Shown: piece by piece, positions 36,668-46,736 of the stretch
How positions within the stretch are numbered: the first letter of the stretch is position 1
How the letters are laid out: each line of letters starts with the position of its first letter
Assembly (NCBI GenBank): GCA_038891615.1
Contig: JAWADY010000002.1
Span: 64,994 to 128,993 of the forward strand
Length of the DNA stretch: 64,000 bases
Direction: 5' to 3'
From: Candidatus Woesearchaeota archaeon
GTDB lineage: Archaea; Nanobdellota; Nanobdellia; Woesearchaeales; ARS49
Position numbers and translations under genes: made by a program
The notes under the pieces: generated by a model
The model's input: the letters and a program-made list of their open reading frames with translations, nothing else
What the model was told of the DNA's origin: nothing
The model's database searches: none

Positions 36668-38152
36668 ATGAAATACGAGGATGTCATCAATCTTGCACTT
36701 AGAAGGGGAATCTTTTTCCTCTCTTCAGAGATTTATGCAAACGCACCAGCAGGCTTTTATGATTATGGTCCTTATGGTGCTGCAATAAAGCGAAAAATCA
36801 TTGAGCTCTGGCGTAAGCAATTCGTTCAGAAAGAAGAGATGCTCGAGATTGATGGTTCTGTGCTAATGCCCGAAGAAGTTTTTATCTCTTCGGGCCATCT
36901 AAGAAGTTTTGCAGACCCTATAACAAAATGCACTAAGTGCAGTTCAACTTTCAGAGCGGATACTCTTTTAGAAGAAGAGGGCAAGCTAAAGCTAAAAGAA
37001 GGGGCAAGCGTTGAAGAGCTGACAGCCGCGCTAAAAAAGCTTGGTCTTCTCTGTAAGAAGTGTAAAGGTCAGTTGTCAGATGTCTTTCGTTCAAGTCTCA
37101 TGGTCAAGGCAGAAGTTGGAATAGCAAAAAAGTCTCCACTTTATCTTCGGCCAGAAACATGTCAAAGCATTTTTTGCGACTGGGCCAGGCTGCTAAAAAC
37201 AATGAGGATTTCACTTCCAAAAGGGATTGCACAAACAGGCAGAGCTTTCAGAAACGAGATTTCACCAAGGCAGACTCTTCTTAGACAGGTAGAATTTTCT
37301 CAGATGGAAGCAGAGATTTTCTTTGACCCAGAAAAGATAAACGAATTTGGACGTTTTGAGGAGCTTGAAAACTACGAGTTGCGTCTCTTACGCATTGGCA
37401 AGAAGACTGTTGAGAATGTCTCTTGTCGAGATGCTGTTAACAAGGGGCTTGTTTCAGGAAAGCTCATAGCATATTTCCTTGCAAGGCTTCAACAGCTGTA
37501 TACAAGCTTTGGCTTGCCACTCCATTCAATGCGCTTTCGTGAGATTGACAAAGATGAAAGACCTTTTTATTCTAAAGAGACTTGGGATTTTGAGGTTGAA
37601 ACTTCTCTTGGGTGGCTCGAGCTCGTTGCGAACAATTACCGAACGGACTACGACCTCAAAGGTCATGCAGCCGGTTCTGGTAAAGATCTCAGCTTTGTTG
37701 ACGAGAAAGGAAGAAAGTTCATTCCGCATATTTGGGAGGTTTCAGCAGGGCTTGACAGAACCTTTTATGCAATACTTGAACACGCGTACAAAAAAGAAGG
37801 CGAAAGGACACTTCTCACTCTAGCTCCAAAGATTGCTCCGCTTCACGCAGCAGTCTTTCCTCTTCTCTCAAACAAGCCAGAGCTAATAACAAAGGCTCAA
37901 ACGGTTTATAGGAAACTTCTTGAAAGCGGCTTTGAGGTTGTTTACGATGAGACAGGAAGCATAGGCAAAAGGTACGCAAGGATGGATGAAATCGGCTGTC
38001 CCGTCTGCATAACGATTGACTTTGAAAGCCTTACAGCAGAAGATGTGACAATTCGCGATCGCGATACTACAAAGCAAAAACGCATAAAGATTGCCAATCT
38101 TCCAAATGCGCTCGCGAGCATTACCTCAGGAACACCATTTGAAAAGATTTAA
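36668..38152 (+). CDS. glyS: Glycyl-tRNA synthetase (archaeal/eukaryotic alpha2 type)
   Basis: N-terminus LALRRGIFFLSSEIYANAPAGFYDYGPYGAAIKRKI is the characteristic GlyRS start. Class II motifs present. 494 aa. Confidence 0.9.
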   Translation: MKYEDVINLALRRGIFFLSSEIYANAPAGFYDYGPYGAAIKRKIIELWRKQFVQKEEMLEIDGSVLMPEEVFISSGHLRSFADPITKCTKCSSTFRADTLLEEEGKLKLKEGASVEELTAALKKLGLLCKKCKGQLSDVFRSSLMVKAEVGIAKKSPLYLRPETCQSIFCDWARLLKTMRISLPKGIAQTGRAFRNEISPRQTLLRQVEFSQMEAEIFFDPEKINEFGRFEELENYELRLLRIGKKTVENVSCRDAVNKGLVSGKLIAYFLARLQQLYTSFGLPLHSMRFREIDKDERPFYSKETWDFEVETSLGWLELVANNYRTDYDLKGHAAGSGKDLSFVDEKGRKFIPHIWEVSAGLDRTFYAILEHAYKKEGERTLLTLAPKIAPLHAAVFPLLSNKPELITKAQTVYRKLLESGFEVVYDETGSIGKRYARMDEIGCPVCITIDFESLTAEDVTIRDRDTTKQKRIKIANLPNALASITSGTPFEKI

Positions 38153-38165
38153 AAGGTCAGCGCTC

Positions 38166-38181
38166 TCGACTTTTTTTCGCC
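38166..38181 (+). terminator. T-rich tract (gactttttttcgcc) downstream of glyS, candidate archaeal terminator
   Basis: Run of 7 T immediately after the stop codon. Confidence 0.3.
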
Positions 38182-38190
38182 GGGGTTAAA

Positions 38191-38264
38191 GGGGCAGTAA
38201 CTCAGCCCGGGAGAGTGCACGGCTGAAGACCGTGGTGTCGCCGGTTCAAATCCGGCCTGCCCCA
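38191..38264 (+). tRNA. tRNA-Phe (anticodon GAA)
   Basis: Cloverleaf: acceptor GGGGCAG/CTGCCCC, D-arm ACTC..GAGT, anticodon stem CACGG/CCGTG with loop CTGAAGA, T-arm GCCGG-TTCAAAT-CCGGC, discriminator A. No encoded CCA. Confidence 0.85.
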
Positions 38265-40454
38265 TTAGCCAAATCTAAGGGTTGCTGCCATTATTCTTAG
38301 GGCAATAAAGTTGAAAAGCAGAATCACAAATAGTGCAACGATGGTGTAAAGTGCTGTGCTTCTTATAAGATTCCTTCCAAGCACATAACGCTCGCCAAGC
38401 TTGTCAGCGCCGTTTTCTATGCCGTTTGCAAGGATAGTGAGTATTGCAATAATTTCAACAACATAGATGCCAACAACGAGCTGGAAATAATAAGTCGGTA
38501 TACCATCGCCAAGCAAGCTTGCAATTGAACTAAGCTTTTCTCCAACATCAGGAGTCTGGAGCTTTGAGAATTGGTGTGACAATGCGCCAATGATTGTTGT
38601 TATCATTGATGTTATCCCAATAACTATCCCTGCGATGGTGGGTGCAAGGAAGTTTATTTGTGATTTCATGTCTGCAATTATGTCAGCCATAAGGTCCTTT
38701 AGACGCTCATTAACCCTGTGTATCTCTTTTATGTACCTAGAGACATTCATGAGTGCTTGAGCAGCTATCTTTGGACCTTTCTTTATGCTTTCAACAAGCA
38801 CCTTCATTGAACTTTCCACTACTGCGCTCGGGAAGTATGTTAGTGCACCAATCCGTGGATGAAATATTGCGTCTCTCAATCCAAGTCCAAGCTTTCTTAT
38901 GTTCGTGGAGATGACGGCAAAGAAATTTCCTGAAACAGTTTCTCCCATAACCTCCGCAACGTTACCAACTGCCATTTCGGCAGGAATTCCATCACCAAGT
39001 CTATTTCCAAGTTGGAAAAGGGCAGATGCAAACTCTTCTTCAAGCCTTTTTGTTCGTTCTCTTATTTTTATCACATTGCTGCTTCTCATCCTAAAGTATA
39101 TGCCAAACCCTAACCCAAGCGCAAGTGGGAAAAGAAGAGATATGACAGAAGCACCAAGCCCATAAGGTCCGAGCTTTTTACCTACCAACCTTATCGAATC
39201 CCTGTATTCGAGAAGGCAGATAAGTCTTTTACATGTTGTTGTTTCTGTTTCAGCACCAAAACCCATATCAAATTCTGGTGAAAAGGCGTGAATAAGTAGC
39301 GGTGACATTGCGCCGATGAAGAGAACGCCTGCTATAACTACTGCTACAATTGCGGGATTAATTGTAAGTTCTGTTCTTCCAATCTTCAAAATAATGTTTT
39401 TGTACCTTTTCAGCTCTGGATTTATTTCTGAGATGTCGACATCTCCATATCCAGTTGGCCTTGTTGAAAGAATGTTTGTGCCCAGATGATAAACTCCAAG
39501 TGGCAGCAGTATGTTGTACAGAATGGCAACGTGATACCACTTTACTCCTTCGATAAAGCTTACAAGGAGAGGGAGTATAACAAGTCCAAGAACTGGAAGG
39601 ATTATTCCTAACATATGAAGGGTTGTTATTGGGCTCTTAAGATTATGGGCATAGTGCAGCATCTTTTCATAAGTCTCCTCAAGAATAACATCGAGGCTTT
39701 TGTCAAGGAGAGCCAGTCTTGCCTCTTCAGTAGGCTCGTAAAGCGAACCTTCAATAAGATGGAATGCTTCTACAAACTCTCTGTTCCAGTTTTTCCAGCC
39801 TTCAAGATAAACATCAAGGCTTTCCTTTACTGTATCATAAATTCCTGATTCTACATTCCACAAGACTTTCTTAAGGTCTAGAGAAAGAGGAGGCGCAAGG
39901 TGTTCTGAAGCAAATTGCAATGCAAGCTCGAGGTTCGAGGTATGCCGCATGTAGGTAACAACATAGAAAATGCATAGCACCATCTGATTTGATGCACGCA
40001 TTCTCCAGGTATTCGCAATTGTATATGGAAGATTTCCGAGAAGTGGAAAAAGCAGTATGCCAACAATAGTGCTCAGCATCGCGAAGAAGAACGAACCAAG
40101 AAGTATTGATATTAAAATTCCAAAAAGCATAACTGCAAGCGGTGCAACCGTTGAAAAGGCAACAGCCTCTTCAGGCCTTATTTCAAGGTGTGCAGTCTCG
40201 ATAGCCTCTTTTAGCTTCTCAAGCCTTTCTGTTTTGAGCCTAAGTCTTATCAGCTTTCCAGAGAACCTGCAGAGCTTTTCATAAAATGTCAGAGGTCTGG
40301 GAAACATTTCCTCCTTAAATTCCCTATACTCTCTTGTGATTATCCTTCTTGGAATTTGAGGAGGGCTCTGACCTAACTCCTGCTCAAGTCTTTCTTTGTA
40401 TTTTTGAACGAGAGACTTAACTTCTTCTTTTGCTCCTGGAGAGAGGTTGTTCAC
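38265..40454 (-). CDS. Polytopic membrane protein of the FlaJ/TadC/PilC type (type IV filament assembly platform), oversized at 729 aa
   Basis: Multiple TM helix pairs separated by cytoplasmic helical domains. Immediately downstream of the FlaI/PilB-like ATPase on the same strand. Confidence 0.6.
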   Translation of the reverse strand: MNNLSPGAKEEVKSLVQKYKERLEQELGQSPPQIPRRIITREYREFKEEMFPRPLTFYEKLCRFSGKLIRLRLKTERLEKLKEAIETAHLEIRPEEAVAFSTVAPLAVMLFGILISILLGSFFFAMLSTIVGILLFPLLGNLPYTIANTWRMRASNQMVLCIFYVVTYMRHTSNLELALQFASEHLAPPLSLDLKKVLWNVESGIYDTVKESLDVYLEGWKNWNREFVEAFHLIEGSLYEPTEEARLALLDKSLDVILEETYEKMLHYAHNLKSPITTLHMLGIILPVLGLVILPLLVSFIEGVKWYHVAILYNILLPLGVYHLGTNILSTRPTGYGDVDISEINPELKRYKNIILKIGRTELTINPAIVAVVIAGVLFIGAMSPLLIHAFSPEFDMGFGAETETTTCKRLICLLEYRDSIRLVGKKLGPYGLGASVISLLFPLALGLGFGIYFRMRSSNVIKIRERTKRLEEEFASALFQLGNRLGDGIPAEMAVGNVAEVMGETVSGNFFAVISTNIRKLGLGLRDAIFHPRIGALTYFPSAVVESSMKVLVESIKKGPKIAAQALMNVSRYIKEIHRVNERLKDLMADIIADMKSQINFLAPTIAGIVIGITSMITTIIGALSHQFSKLQTPDVGEKLSSIASLLGDGIPTYYFQLVVGIYVVEIIAILTILANGIENGADKLGERYVLGRNLIRSTALYTIVALFVILLFNFIALRIMAATLRFG

Positions 40455-40482
40455 TAGTCCACCTCTTTTTGCAATTTAGCCC

Positions 40483-42780
40483 TTATCCAATCGCGAATTC
40501 CTTTTTAATACTCCTCTTGAGCCACTCATTCCATTCGAAAAATATTCTTTCTGTATCAAGCCTTCCAACTTCCTCAAGTATCTTATCCGAGATGTTGTGG
40601 AAGGCATCATTTGCAGTTATAACAAACTTTGCCTCAAGAATGTCTGGTCTTTTGAGAGCTCTGGCTGTCTCAACCAGCGTTTCTTTGATTCTTGCTCTTA
40701 AGTTTATGTTCTCCCACACTGCATCCCAGTTGCCAGCCCATTCTTTTACATTTGAAGCAATTGCCTTTAGCACATCGCTGTCGCCAGCAAGAAGGTCTTG
40801 TGTTGGCTGCAGCGTGTCTGTGCGCACATCGTATCTCATCAAATCAACGAAACCTTTCTCTGCAAGAGGGTCTTCTTCCCAAAACTTTCTTACTTCTGTG
40901 ATTTGGGTTATCCTTCTCCACCTATGCAGGCCATCTGGACTTCTTATCGGATTTGCCACAACAATGAGATCTGTCGCCTTAAAGGATGTTCTTGGAACAC
41001 CAAGGTCATTAACAACTCTATCAAAGACACCGTACGGGCTGTCGCCGTGAATCGTTCCAGCAACGACATTTGCGAGGGCACCAACTCTCATTGCTTCGTA
41101 GAGCGCGCGAGCCTCAACAGACCTTACTTCTCCTATGATAAGGCTGCTGTCTCCCAGCCTAAGTGTTGTACGCAAGCCTTCTTCTGCAGGCACTTCTGTT
41201 GTTCCACGGGTCAATGCGCTGGCTACCTTCATAGATTGAATGTTGTAGCCAAGCTCGCGCAGAGAGCTAACTGGTAACTCAAGTGTATCTTCTATGGTCA
41301 ATACTCTTATCCTGCGCATTATCTCTGTCATAAGCGATGCCAGAAAAGATGTTTTTCCTGCAGATCTTGTACCTGCGATTAGCATTGTTCGCGCGCCATC
41401 GATGCAAAAGCTCAGAATGCCTGCGCCAAGAGGGCTAATCATTCTGTTTTCTATGAAAAGTGGAAGAGTCCATGGCTTGTCGCGATGCCTCCTGAAGCTA
41501 TACGCAATACCTGTTGGGTTCAATGGAGCTGTTATTGCCGCAATCCTTGCACGCGCTCTTGGTATAATAAGTTCTGTATCAAGAATTGGATTTGCCTCAT
41601 CAAAAGGCCTATTCGAGAGAAGTCTCAGCTTTGAGGCCCAGCTTTCAGCCTCGCTTGCTGTTGGCACAATGTTTGTCATGCAGTCAGCATAATCAGCCTG
41701 TACAACAAATATTGGAATCCTGCCCATGGGACTGTTAACCGAGATATCCTGTATTTTTTCATCCTGAAGAAGAACTTCAACAAGTCCAAAGCCAACTGTG
41801 TACCTCACTAGGATGTTTGCAAGCTCCTGCAGTTCTTTTTCTCGAAGTTTCAGGCCGCGATACTCCGCAAGTTCCTCAAGAAGGTCAGAACCAATCCGCT
41901 CAAAAACCTGCCTCATACGCTCCGGGTCTACGAACTCTGAGCGTTTTGGCTTGTGTTCTACGATAATATTTCTCGCAGAATCAAGGAGCTCATACTTCTC
42001 CTCACTAAGCTTGAATTCTGGAGGAATAATATGATAAAGGTATTGTACCGTGTTCGGTAGGGAAAAGATGTTGACTTCTGTTCCATTTACAATGTAGCTC
42101 TCAAGCAGCTCTGCATCCGGCGGAAAGCTTGACATTAGTTTGGTAAACATAAAGTCTGGCTTTATTGTCGGCGAAAATATTCTTCTATAAATGTCCCTCT
42201 CGCCAACCTTGTATCCTGCTAATTGCTCTTTTGCAAGCTTGATGAGTGTTGTTTGTTGGAGTAAGCCAAGTGCGTCCTCCACTGCCTTAAGATAGCGCTG
42301 CAGGCACCTCTGGCCTTCGGGAGAGGCATGCTTAAGATATTCTCTTTCTCGTCTTGCAATGCGCTCCAGCTCAACATAAGCTCCCACAGGATCGCTTTTT
42401 AGCATTGTATGTAGGATTGACTGCAGCTCTGTGTATCTCCTTGTTAACCATTTCAAGCACGTCATATCAGATAAGAAGCCATACGCCAATCTTCTGCGTA
42501 GCAGCTCCTTGTACGCAATTGCTATCTCATTAAGTATTGCTGTTTGAGTGCCATCATATTCATAATCGCGCTTTTGCACAAAAACAATTCTTGTAACTGT
42601 GCCAACCTCTGCAAGAATGTCAATTGTCATTGACATTGTTTTTGGAGAATCTTCAATTGAGGGAAAAAATGTGCAGGCCTCTGCATCTATTCTAAGAATT
42701 ATCTCCTCACCTTCTCTTATAATCTCGTAGCTGAAACAACCTCTATCAGGCATGTGAAGTCCTCCCACCTCTTTGAGCAA
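40483..42780 (-). CDS. Type II/IV secretion-family ATPase (archaeal FlaI/PilB-like) with about 250-aa N-terminal extension
   Basis: Walker A GTRSAGKTSFL. Asp and His boxes of the GspE/VirB11 family (VLTIEDT...; GTIHGDSP). 765 aa. Confidence 0.8.
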   Translation of the reverse strand: MLKEVGGLHMPDRGCFSYEIIREGEEIILRIDAEACTFFPSIEDSPKTMSMTIDILAEVGTVTRIVFVQKRDYEYDGTQTAILNEIAIAYKELLRRRLAYGFLSDMTCLKWLTRRYTELQSILHTMLKSDPVGAYVELERIARREREYLKHASPEGQRCLQRYLKAVEDALGLLQQTTLIKLAKEQLAGYKVGERDIYRRIFSPTIKPDFMFTKLMSSFPPDAELLESYIVNGTEVNIFSLPNTVQYLYHIIPPEFKLSEEKYELLDSARNIIVEHKPKRSEFVDPERMRQVFERIGSDLLEELAEYRGLKLREKELQELANILVRYTVGFGLVEVLLQDEKIQDISVNSPMGRIPIFVVQADYADCMTNIVPTASEAESWASKLRLLSNRPFDEANPILDTELIIPRARARIAAITAPLNPTGIAYSFRRHRDKPWTLPLFIENRMISPLGAGILSFCIDGARTMLIAGTRSAGKTSFLASLMTEIMRRIRVLTIEDTLELPVSSLRELGYNIQSMKVASALTRGTTEVPAEEGLRTTLRLGDSSLIIGEVRSVEARALYEAMRVGALANVVAGTIHGDSPYGVFDRVVNDLGVPRTSFKATDLIVVANPIRSPDGLHRWRRITQITEVRKFWEEDPLAEKGFVDLMRYDVRTDTLQPTQDLLAGDSDVLKAIASNVKEWAGNWDAVWENINLRARIKETLVETARALKRPDILEAKFVITANDAFHNISDKILEEVGRLDTERIFFEWNEWLKRSIKKEFAIG

Positions 42781-42867
42781 AGGTTTTTAGCACTTTGACA
42801 TGGTTACACAATTTATTATCCTGCTAAGCAAAACCTTATTAAAGCAAATTTATAAGCTTTTGCAAAA

Positions 42868-43368
42868 ATGCCTGAAGAACTGCTGCCGCCGATAGGAACT
42901 AATATCGCGCCTGAACCCGCAAGCCAAGCTACAGAGCCATCCCAACAGCCAAAGCGCCTTTTCAAGTCAAAAATGCCAGAAACGACAGAGCTTTCATCGC
43001 TGCGTGAGGAACTTCTATCACTCAGCACCCGTCTAAGAGTGTCCGAAGAGCGCTATGTTGACTTTCGAAGAAAGCTTCAACTTCTAGAGCAAAACCTTCT
43101 TTCAAACCACAAACGGGTAATGGAAGAAATAAAGCTCCTGCTCTCAGAAACAACAGAGCTAAAAAAGAAGATTGATGAGATTGAAAACAAACTCCTTCTT
43201 ATTGTAAAGGAATTACAACTCACAGCAAAAAGAGAAGATGTGGAAGTAATGAAAAAGTATTTTGAACTTTGGAGCCCAGTTAGTTTTGCAACAATTTCTC
43301 AGGTTGAGAAAATGATTGCAGAAGCGCTACAGGAACGGCAAGGAGATGCCGAAGAAGAAAAGACATGA
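42868..43368 (+). CDS. Coiled-coil protein, divergent from the FlaI-like ATPase
   Basis: Heptad-rich sequence (LREELLSLSTRLRVSEERYVDFRRKLQLLEQNLL...). No TM. Confidence 0.45.
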   Translation: MPEELLPPIGTNIAPEPASQATEPSQQPKRLFKSKMPETTELSSLREELLSLSTRLRVSEERYVDFRRKLQLLEQNLLSNHKRVMEEIKLLLSETTELKKKIDEIENKLLLIVKELQLTAKREDVEVMKKYFELWSPVSFATISQVEKMIAEALQERQGDAEEEKT

Positions 43369-43470
43369 TGACTTGCCCTAGAGCAGCTTCTCACTCCAAT
43401 CTTCAAACCAGAAACCTTTATAAAAGCCACATTCCAAATTCGTTCAAGAGCAAGCTTAAAAGAGGAAAAG

Positions 43471-44184
43471 ATGCCTTTGTTCGGCCTTTTTGGTAAAAAA
43501 AAGGAAACCCCTCCTTCGCCTTTTGAAGGGCTTAAGCAAGAGCTTGCACCTCCCCTTGTTCAACGAGTCATTTCGCTTCAGCAACAAGGCCTTTCAAACA
43601 GCCAAATCATCGAGGCTCTCCAAAGAGAGGGCTTTGCTCTTGACAAAATTGTGGAAGCATTGAATCAAGCCGCTGCACCTCCGCCTGCTGGGCCCATTCC
43701 TACGGAGATGCCACAAGCCCCTCCACCAACTCCACCGTCAGAGCTTCCTCAAGCTCCTCAACCAGTGCCTGCACCGCCTGCAATGTATCCTGCTGAATAT
43801 CCTGAATATACCTATCCAGCTTACCCAGCCTATCCTGCTGAAGAAATACTTTCCCGAGAGAATGTTGAGGCAATTGCTGAGTCGATAGTTGAGGAGCGTT
43901 GGAAGGAGGCTACAAAAGAGCTTACAAAGTTGAGTGAATGGAAGGAAGCTTCAACAAGAAGACTTGACAAGCTTGAGCAGTCTCTTACGGACCTTAAAGC
44001 TGACATTGATAACCTTCACAAAGCACTCGTTGCAAAAATAAGCGAATACGACAAGAGTCTCATTGATGTTGGCGTAGAACTTAAGGCGATGGAAAAGGTT
44101 TTTCAGAAAGTGCTTCCAAGCCTAACAGAATCTGTTTCAGAACTATCACGAATTACGCAGCGGGTAAAAAAGGCAAAGAAGTAA
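43471..44184 (+). CDS. Protein with small N-terminal helical (HTH-like) domain, Pro-rich linker (PAYPAYPA) and C-terminal coiled coil
   Basis: GLSNSQIIEALQREGF segment. Roughly 60-aa P/A-rich low-complexity linker. C-terminal heptads. Confidence 0.45.
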   Translation: MPLFGLFGKKKETPPSPFEGLKQELAPPLVQRVISLQQQGLSNSQIIEALQREGFALDKIVEALNQAAAPPPAGPIPTEMPQAPPPTPPSELPQAPQPVPAPPAMYPAEYPEYTYPAYPAYPAEEILSRENVEAIAESIVEERWKEATKELTKLSEWKEASTRRLDKLEQSLTDLKADIDNLHKALVAKISEYDKSLIDVGVELKAMEKVFQKVLPSLTESVSELSRITQRVKKAKK

Positions 44185-44312
44185 CTTCATAGTGCATTTC
44201 GTTGGGCACTTTTGCGCCCAAATCATTGCAGCTTATCTAAATTTTTATGAGATTTTAATTTTTAAAGGCGAGAACAGTTATATTTTTAAACAGCCTCCAT
44301 CTCTTTTGTTGA

Positions 44313-45506
44313 ATGCTAATTGGTCTTGTTGGTAAGCCTTCTGCTGGCAAAAGCACTTTCTTTAAGGCACTAACTCTCGCGGAAGTTGCCATTGCACCGT
44401 ATCCTTTCACCACGATAAAACCAAATGAGGGCGTTGGTTTTGTTCGAGTTGATTGTGTTGAAAAGGAATTTGGGGTTGCCTGCAATCCTCGCGAGGGTTA
44501 TTGTAGCAATGGCATTCGTTTTGTTCCAATCAAATTGATGGATGTTGCCGGGCTTGTGCCAGGCGCGCATCTTGGGAAAGGACTTGGGCTTCAATTTCTT
44601 GACGACCTTAGGCAGGCAGAATGCCTTATACATATTGTTGATGCTTCTGGAAGCACGAATGAAAAAGGCGAGGTTGTTGCTCCAGGGAGCTACGACCCTT
44701 CATATGACATAAAATTTCTTGAGCATGAGCTTGACATGTGGTTTCTTGAAATCATAAAGCGTGGTTGGGAAAAGGTTGCCAAGCTATCTCAACAGACAAA
44801 AAAAGAAGTTTCTACAATTCTTGCAAGACAACTCTCTGGTTTGAATGTGAGTGAAGAGCTTGTCAGGGAACTTATATCAAAACTTGGTCTAGACCCTCTT
44901 TCTCCCATGTCCTGGAGCGAAGAAGTTCTTCACAGCCTTGCTATTGATCTTCGTAAAAGGACAAAACCCCTACTCATCGCAGCAAACAAGGCAGACATTC
45001 CTGAATCTGAAAAGAATATAAAGAGGATGGTTGAGCTCTTTCCAGATAAGGAAGTGGTTCCATGCTCTGCAGAAGCAGAGCTCGCGCTCAAAGAAGCAGC
45101 AAAGGCAGGTTTAATAAAATACTTGCCAGGCAGCAGTGATTTTGAAGTTGTTGGAAAGCTTAACGATAAACAGGCCGCTGCACTTGAATTTATTAGACAG
45201 AATGTGCTTAAAAAGTACGGAAGTACGGGTGTACAACAAACTCTTGATGATGCTGTATTCAAACTTCTTGGTTACATTGCAGTATTTCCTGGTGGTGTAA
45301 ACAAACTTGCAGACCAATTTGGGCGTGTTCTTCCGGATTGTTTTCTCATGCCAAAAAACAGCACAGCACTTGACTTTGCATTCAGAATTCATACAGATCT
45401 TGGAAAGGCGTTTGTAAGAGCAGTTGATGTGCGCTCGAAAAAAACAATTGGTAAAGACTATTTGCTAAAGCACAGGGATGTCATTGAGATTGTTGCAAAG
45501 GCATAG
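44313..45506 (+). CDS. ychF: Obg-family GTPase YchF/OLA1-like with C-terminal TGS domain
   Basis: G1 GLVGKPSAGKSTFF, switch I FTT, G3 DVAG, C-terminal FAFRIHTDLGKAFVRAV (TGS-like). Confidence 0.75.
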   Translation: MLIGLVGKPSAGKSTFFKALTLAEVAIAPYPFTTIKPNEGVGFVRVDCVEKEFGVACNPREGYCSNGIRFVPIKLMDVAGLVPGAHLGKGLGLQFLDDLRQAECLIHIVDASGSTNEKGEVVAPGSYDPSYDIKFLEHELDMWFLEIIKRGWEKVAKLSQQTKKEVSTILARQLSGLNVSEELVRELISKLGLDPLSPMSWSEEVLHSLAIDLRKRTKPLLIAANKADIPESEKNIKRMVELFPDKEVVPCSAEAELALKEAAKAGLIKYLPGSSDFEVVGKLNDKQAAALEFIRQNVLKKYGSTGVQQTLDDAVFKLLGYIAVFPGGVNKLADQFGRVLPDCFLMPKNSTALDFAFRIHTDLGKAFVRAVDVRSKKTIGKDYLLKHRDVIEIVAKA

Positions 45507-45550
45507 TTGCAAAACTTTCAGCCCCTTCAAAACGCATTTGTCAGACCCAT

Positions 45551-46705
45551 CTAAACTTTGAAAAGCCTTTCATGCAGCTTGCTAAAAGCTTTTAATCGCT
45601 CAAGAAATCGGTGCCATGCGCGCCTAGGAATACGCGCTCCCGCTGCCGGGATGTGGCCTCCAGCTGCTGCTTGAGCAATCCCTCGCACAGCCCGGTCAAG
45701 GAGTGCATTAACCTTTACTTTTTTGTCACTCCTTCTTCCGCTGACATCCCACCAGCCATCAGCACGCCGATAAACGATGAGCGTACGGTGAGGGTGCCTA
45801 AAGGCTGCTATTGTGCTAAGCGTAGAAGAGATTTTGAGTGGTGAACTTGCATCATAAAAAACTATTTCTCCAGGAGGAGTATTTCTCACAGCAATGTCAA
45901 ACCTTTTTAAGTGGCCCTTCAACTCATCATTCATTTTCTTTGTAATGAGTTTGAATGCGTTTATAATCTCCAAAGGGCTCTTTGCATCATAGACAACCTT
46001 CCAACATTTTTTTACACCATCTTTGCTGTACTTTATTGCTGATTGGATTGCATTGGCCGCCTTTCCAAAAGCACTCCTCCACACATCCTTTCCAATCCTA
46101 AGTCTTTTTTTGGCCGCAGCCTTTTGAACAAAGCCCTTCCAACAATTATAACCTGCATCCGCAACAATTCCTATTGCTGCAATCCAATCAAACGAAGAAA
46201 TGTCAGCAACGGTCATTCCAAAATCGTATGCAAGTTTTGAGCTGCAATAGCTCGCAGCCTCTTTTGTTGAGAAAAGCTGCGGTTTTATCAAAAGACCATT
46301 TTTAATTGTTTTTGAGTACAAAGGGTGATGGTCAAGGATAAGAAGCCTTGCAAAACTTGAGATGCTTTTTACGATATTCTTTAGTTGATCAAGCGCAAGG
46401 TCTGTTGTTATAACCATGCTAATCCTTGCTCTTTTTAGTTTTGAAATTGTTGCTTTGTTTGGTCTTCGTTCAGGTTCTGAAATAACAAGTTCTGGTGACC
46501 TTCCCCTCACCGCTTCAATGAGTTTCGAAATGATTACTGCAGAGCACAGCCCATCAGGGTCTGCATCATGAATTATTGCAACCCTTCTTCCTCGTGTTGA
46601 AGCAAGGAATCTTACAAAGCTACTCTCCAGCCTTTCACGAACCTTTTCAAGCGATTTATGCTTTCTTGTCATATCCTCTCTTGCGTTTGAACGCAAATAT
46701 GCCAA
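45551..46705 (-). CDS. DHH/DHHA1-family phosphoesterase (RecJ-like / nanoRNase-like)
   Basis: IHDADPDG (motifs I-II), LDHH (motif III), and C-terminal GGH-type DHHA1 motif (AAGGHIPAAG). Confidence 0.7.
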   Translation of the reverse strand: MAYLRSNAREDMTRKHKSLEKVRERLESSFVRFLASTRGRRVAIIHDADPDGLCSAVIISKLIEAVRGRSPELVISEPERRPNKATISKLKRARISMVITTDLALDQLKNIVKSISSFARLLILDHHPLYSKTIKNGLLIKPQLFSTKEAASYCSSKLAYDFGMTVADISSFDWIAAIGIVADAGYNCWKGFVQKAAAKKRLRIGKDVWRSAFGKAANAIQSAIKYSKDGVKKCWKVVYDAKSPLEIINAFKLITKKMNDELKGHLKRFDIAVRNTPPGEIVFYDASSPLKISSTLSTIAAFRHPHRTLIVYRRADGWWDVSGRRSDKKVKVNALLDRAVRGIAQAAAGGHIPAAGARIPRRAWHRFLERLKAFSKLHERLFKV

Positions 46706-46736
46706 AATGACAGCTTGTCAACTCTTGGCAGTGCTT

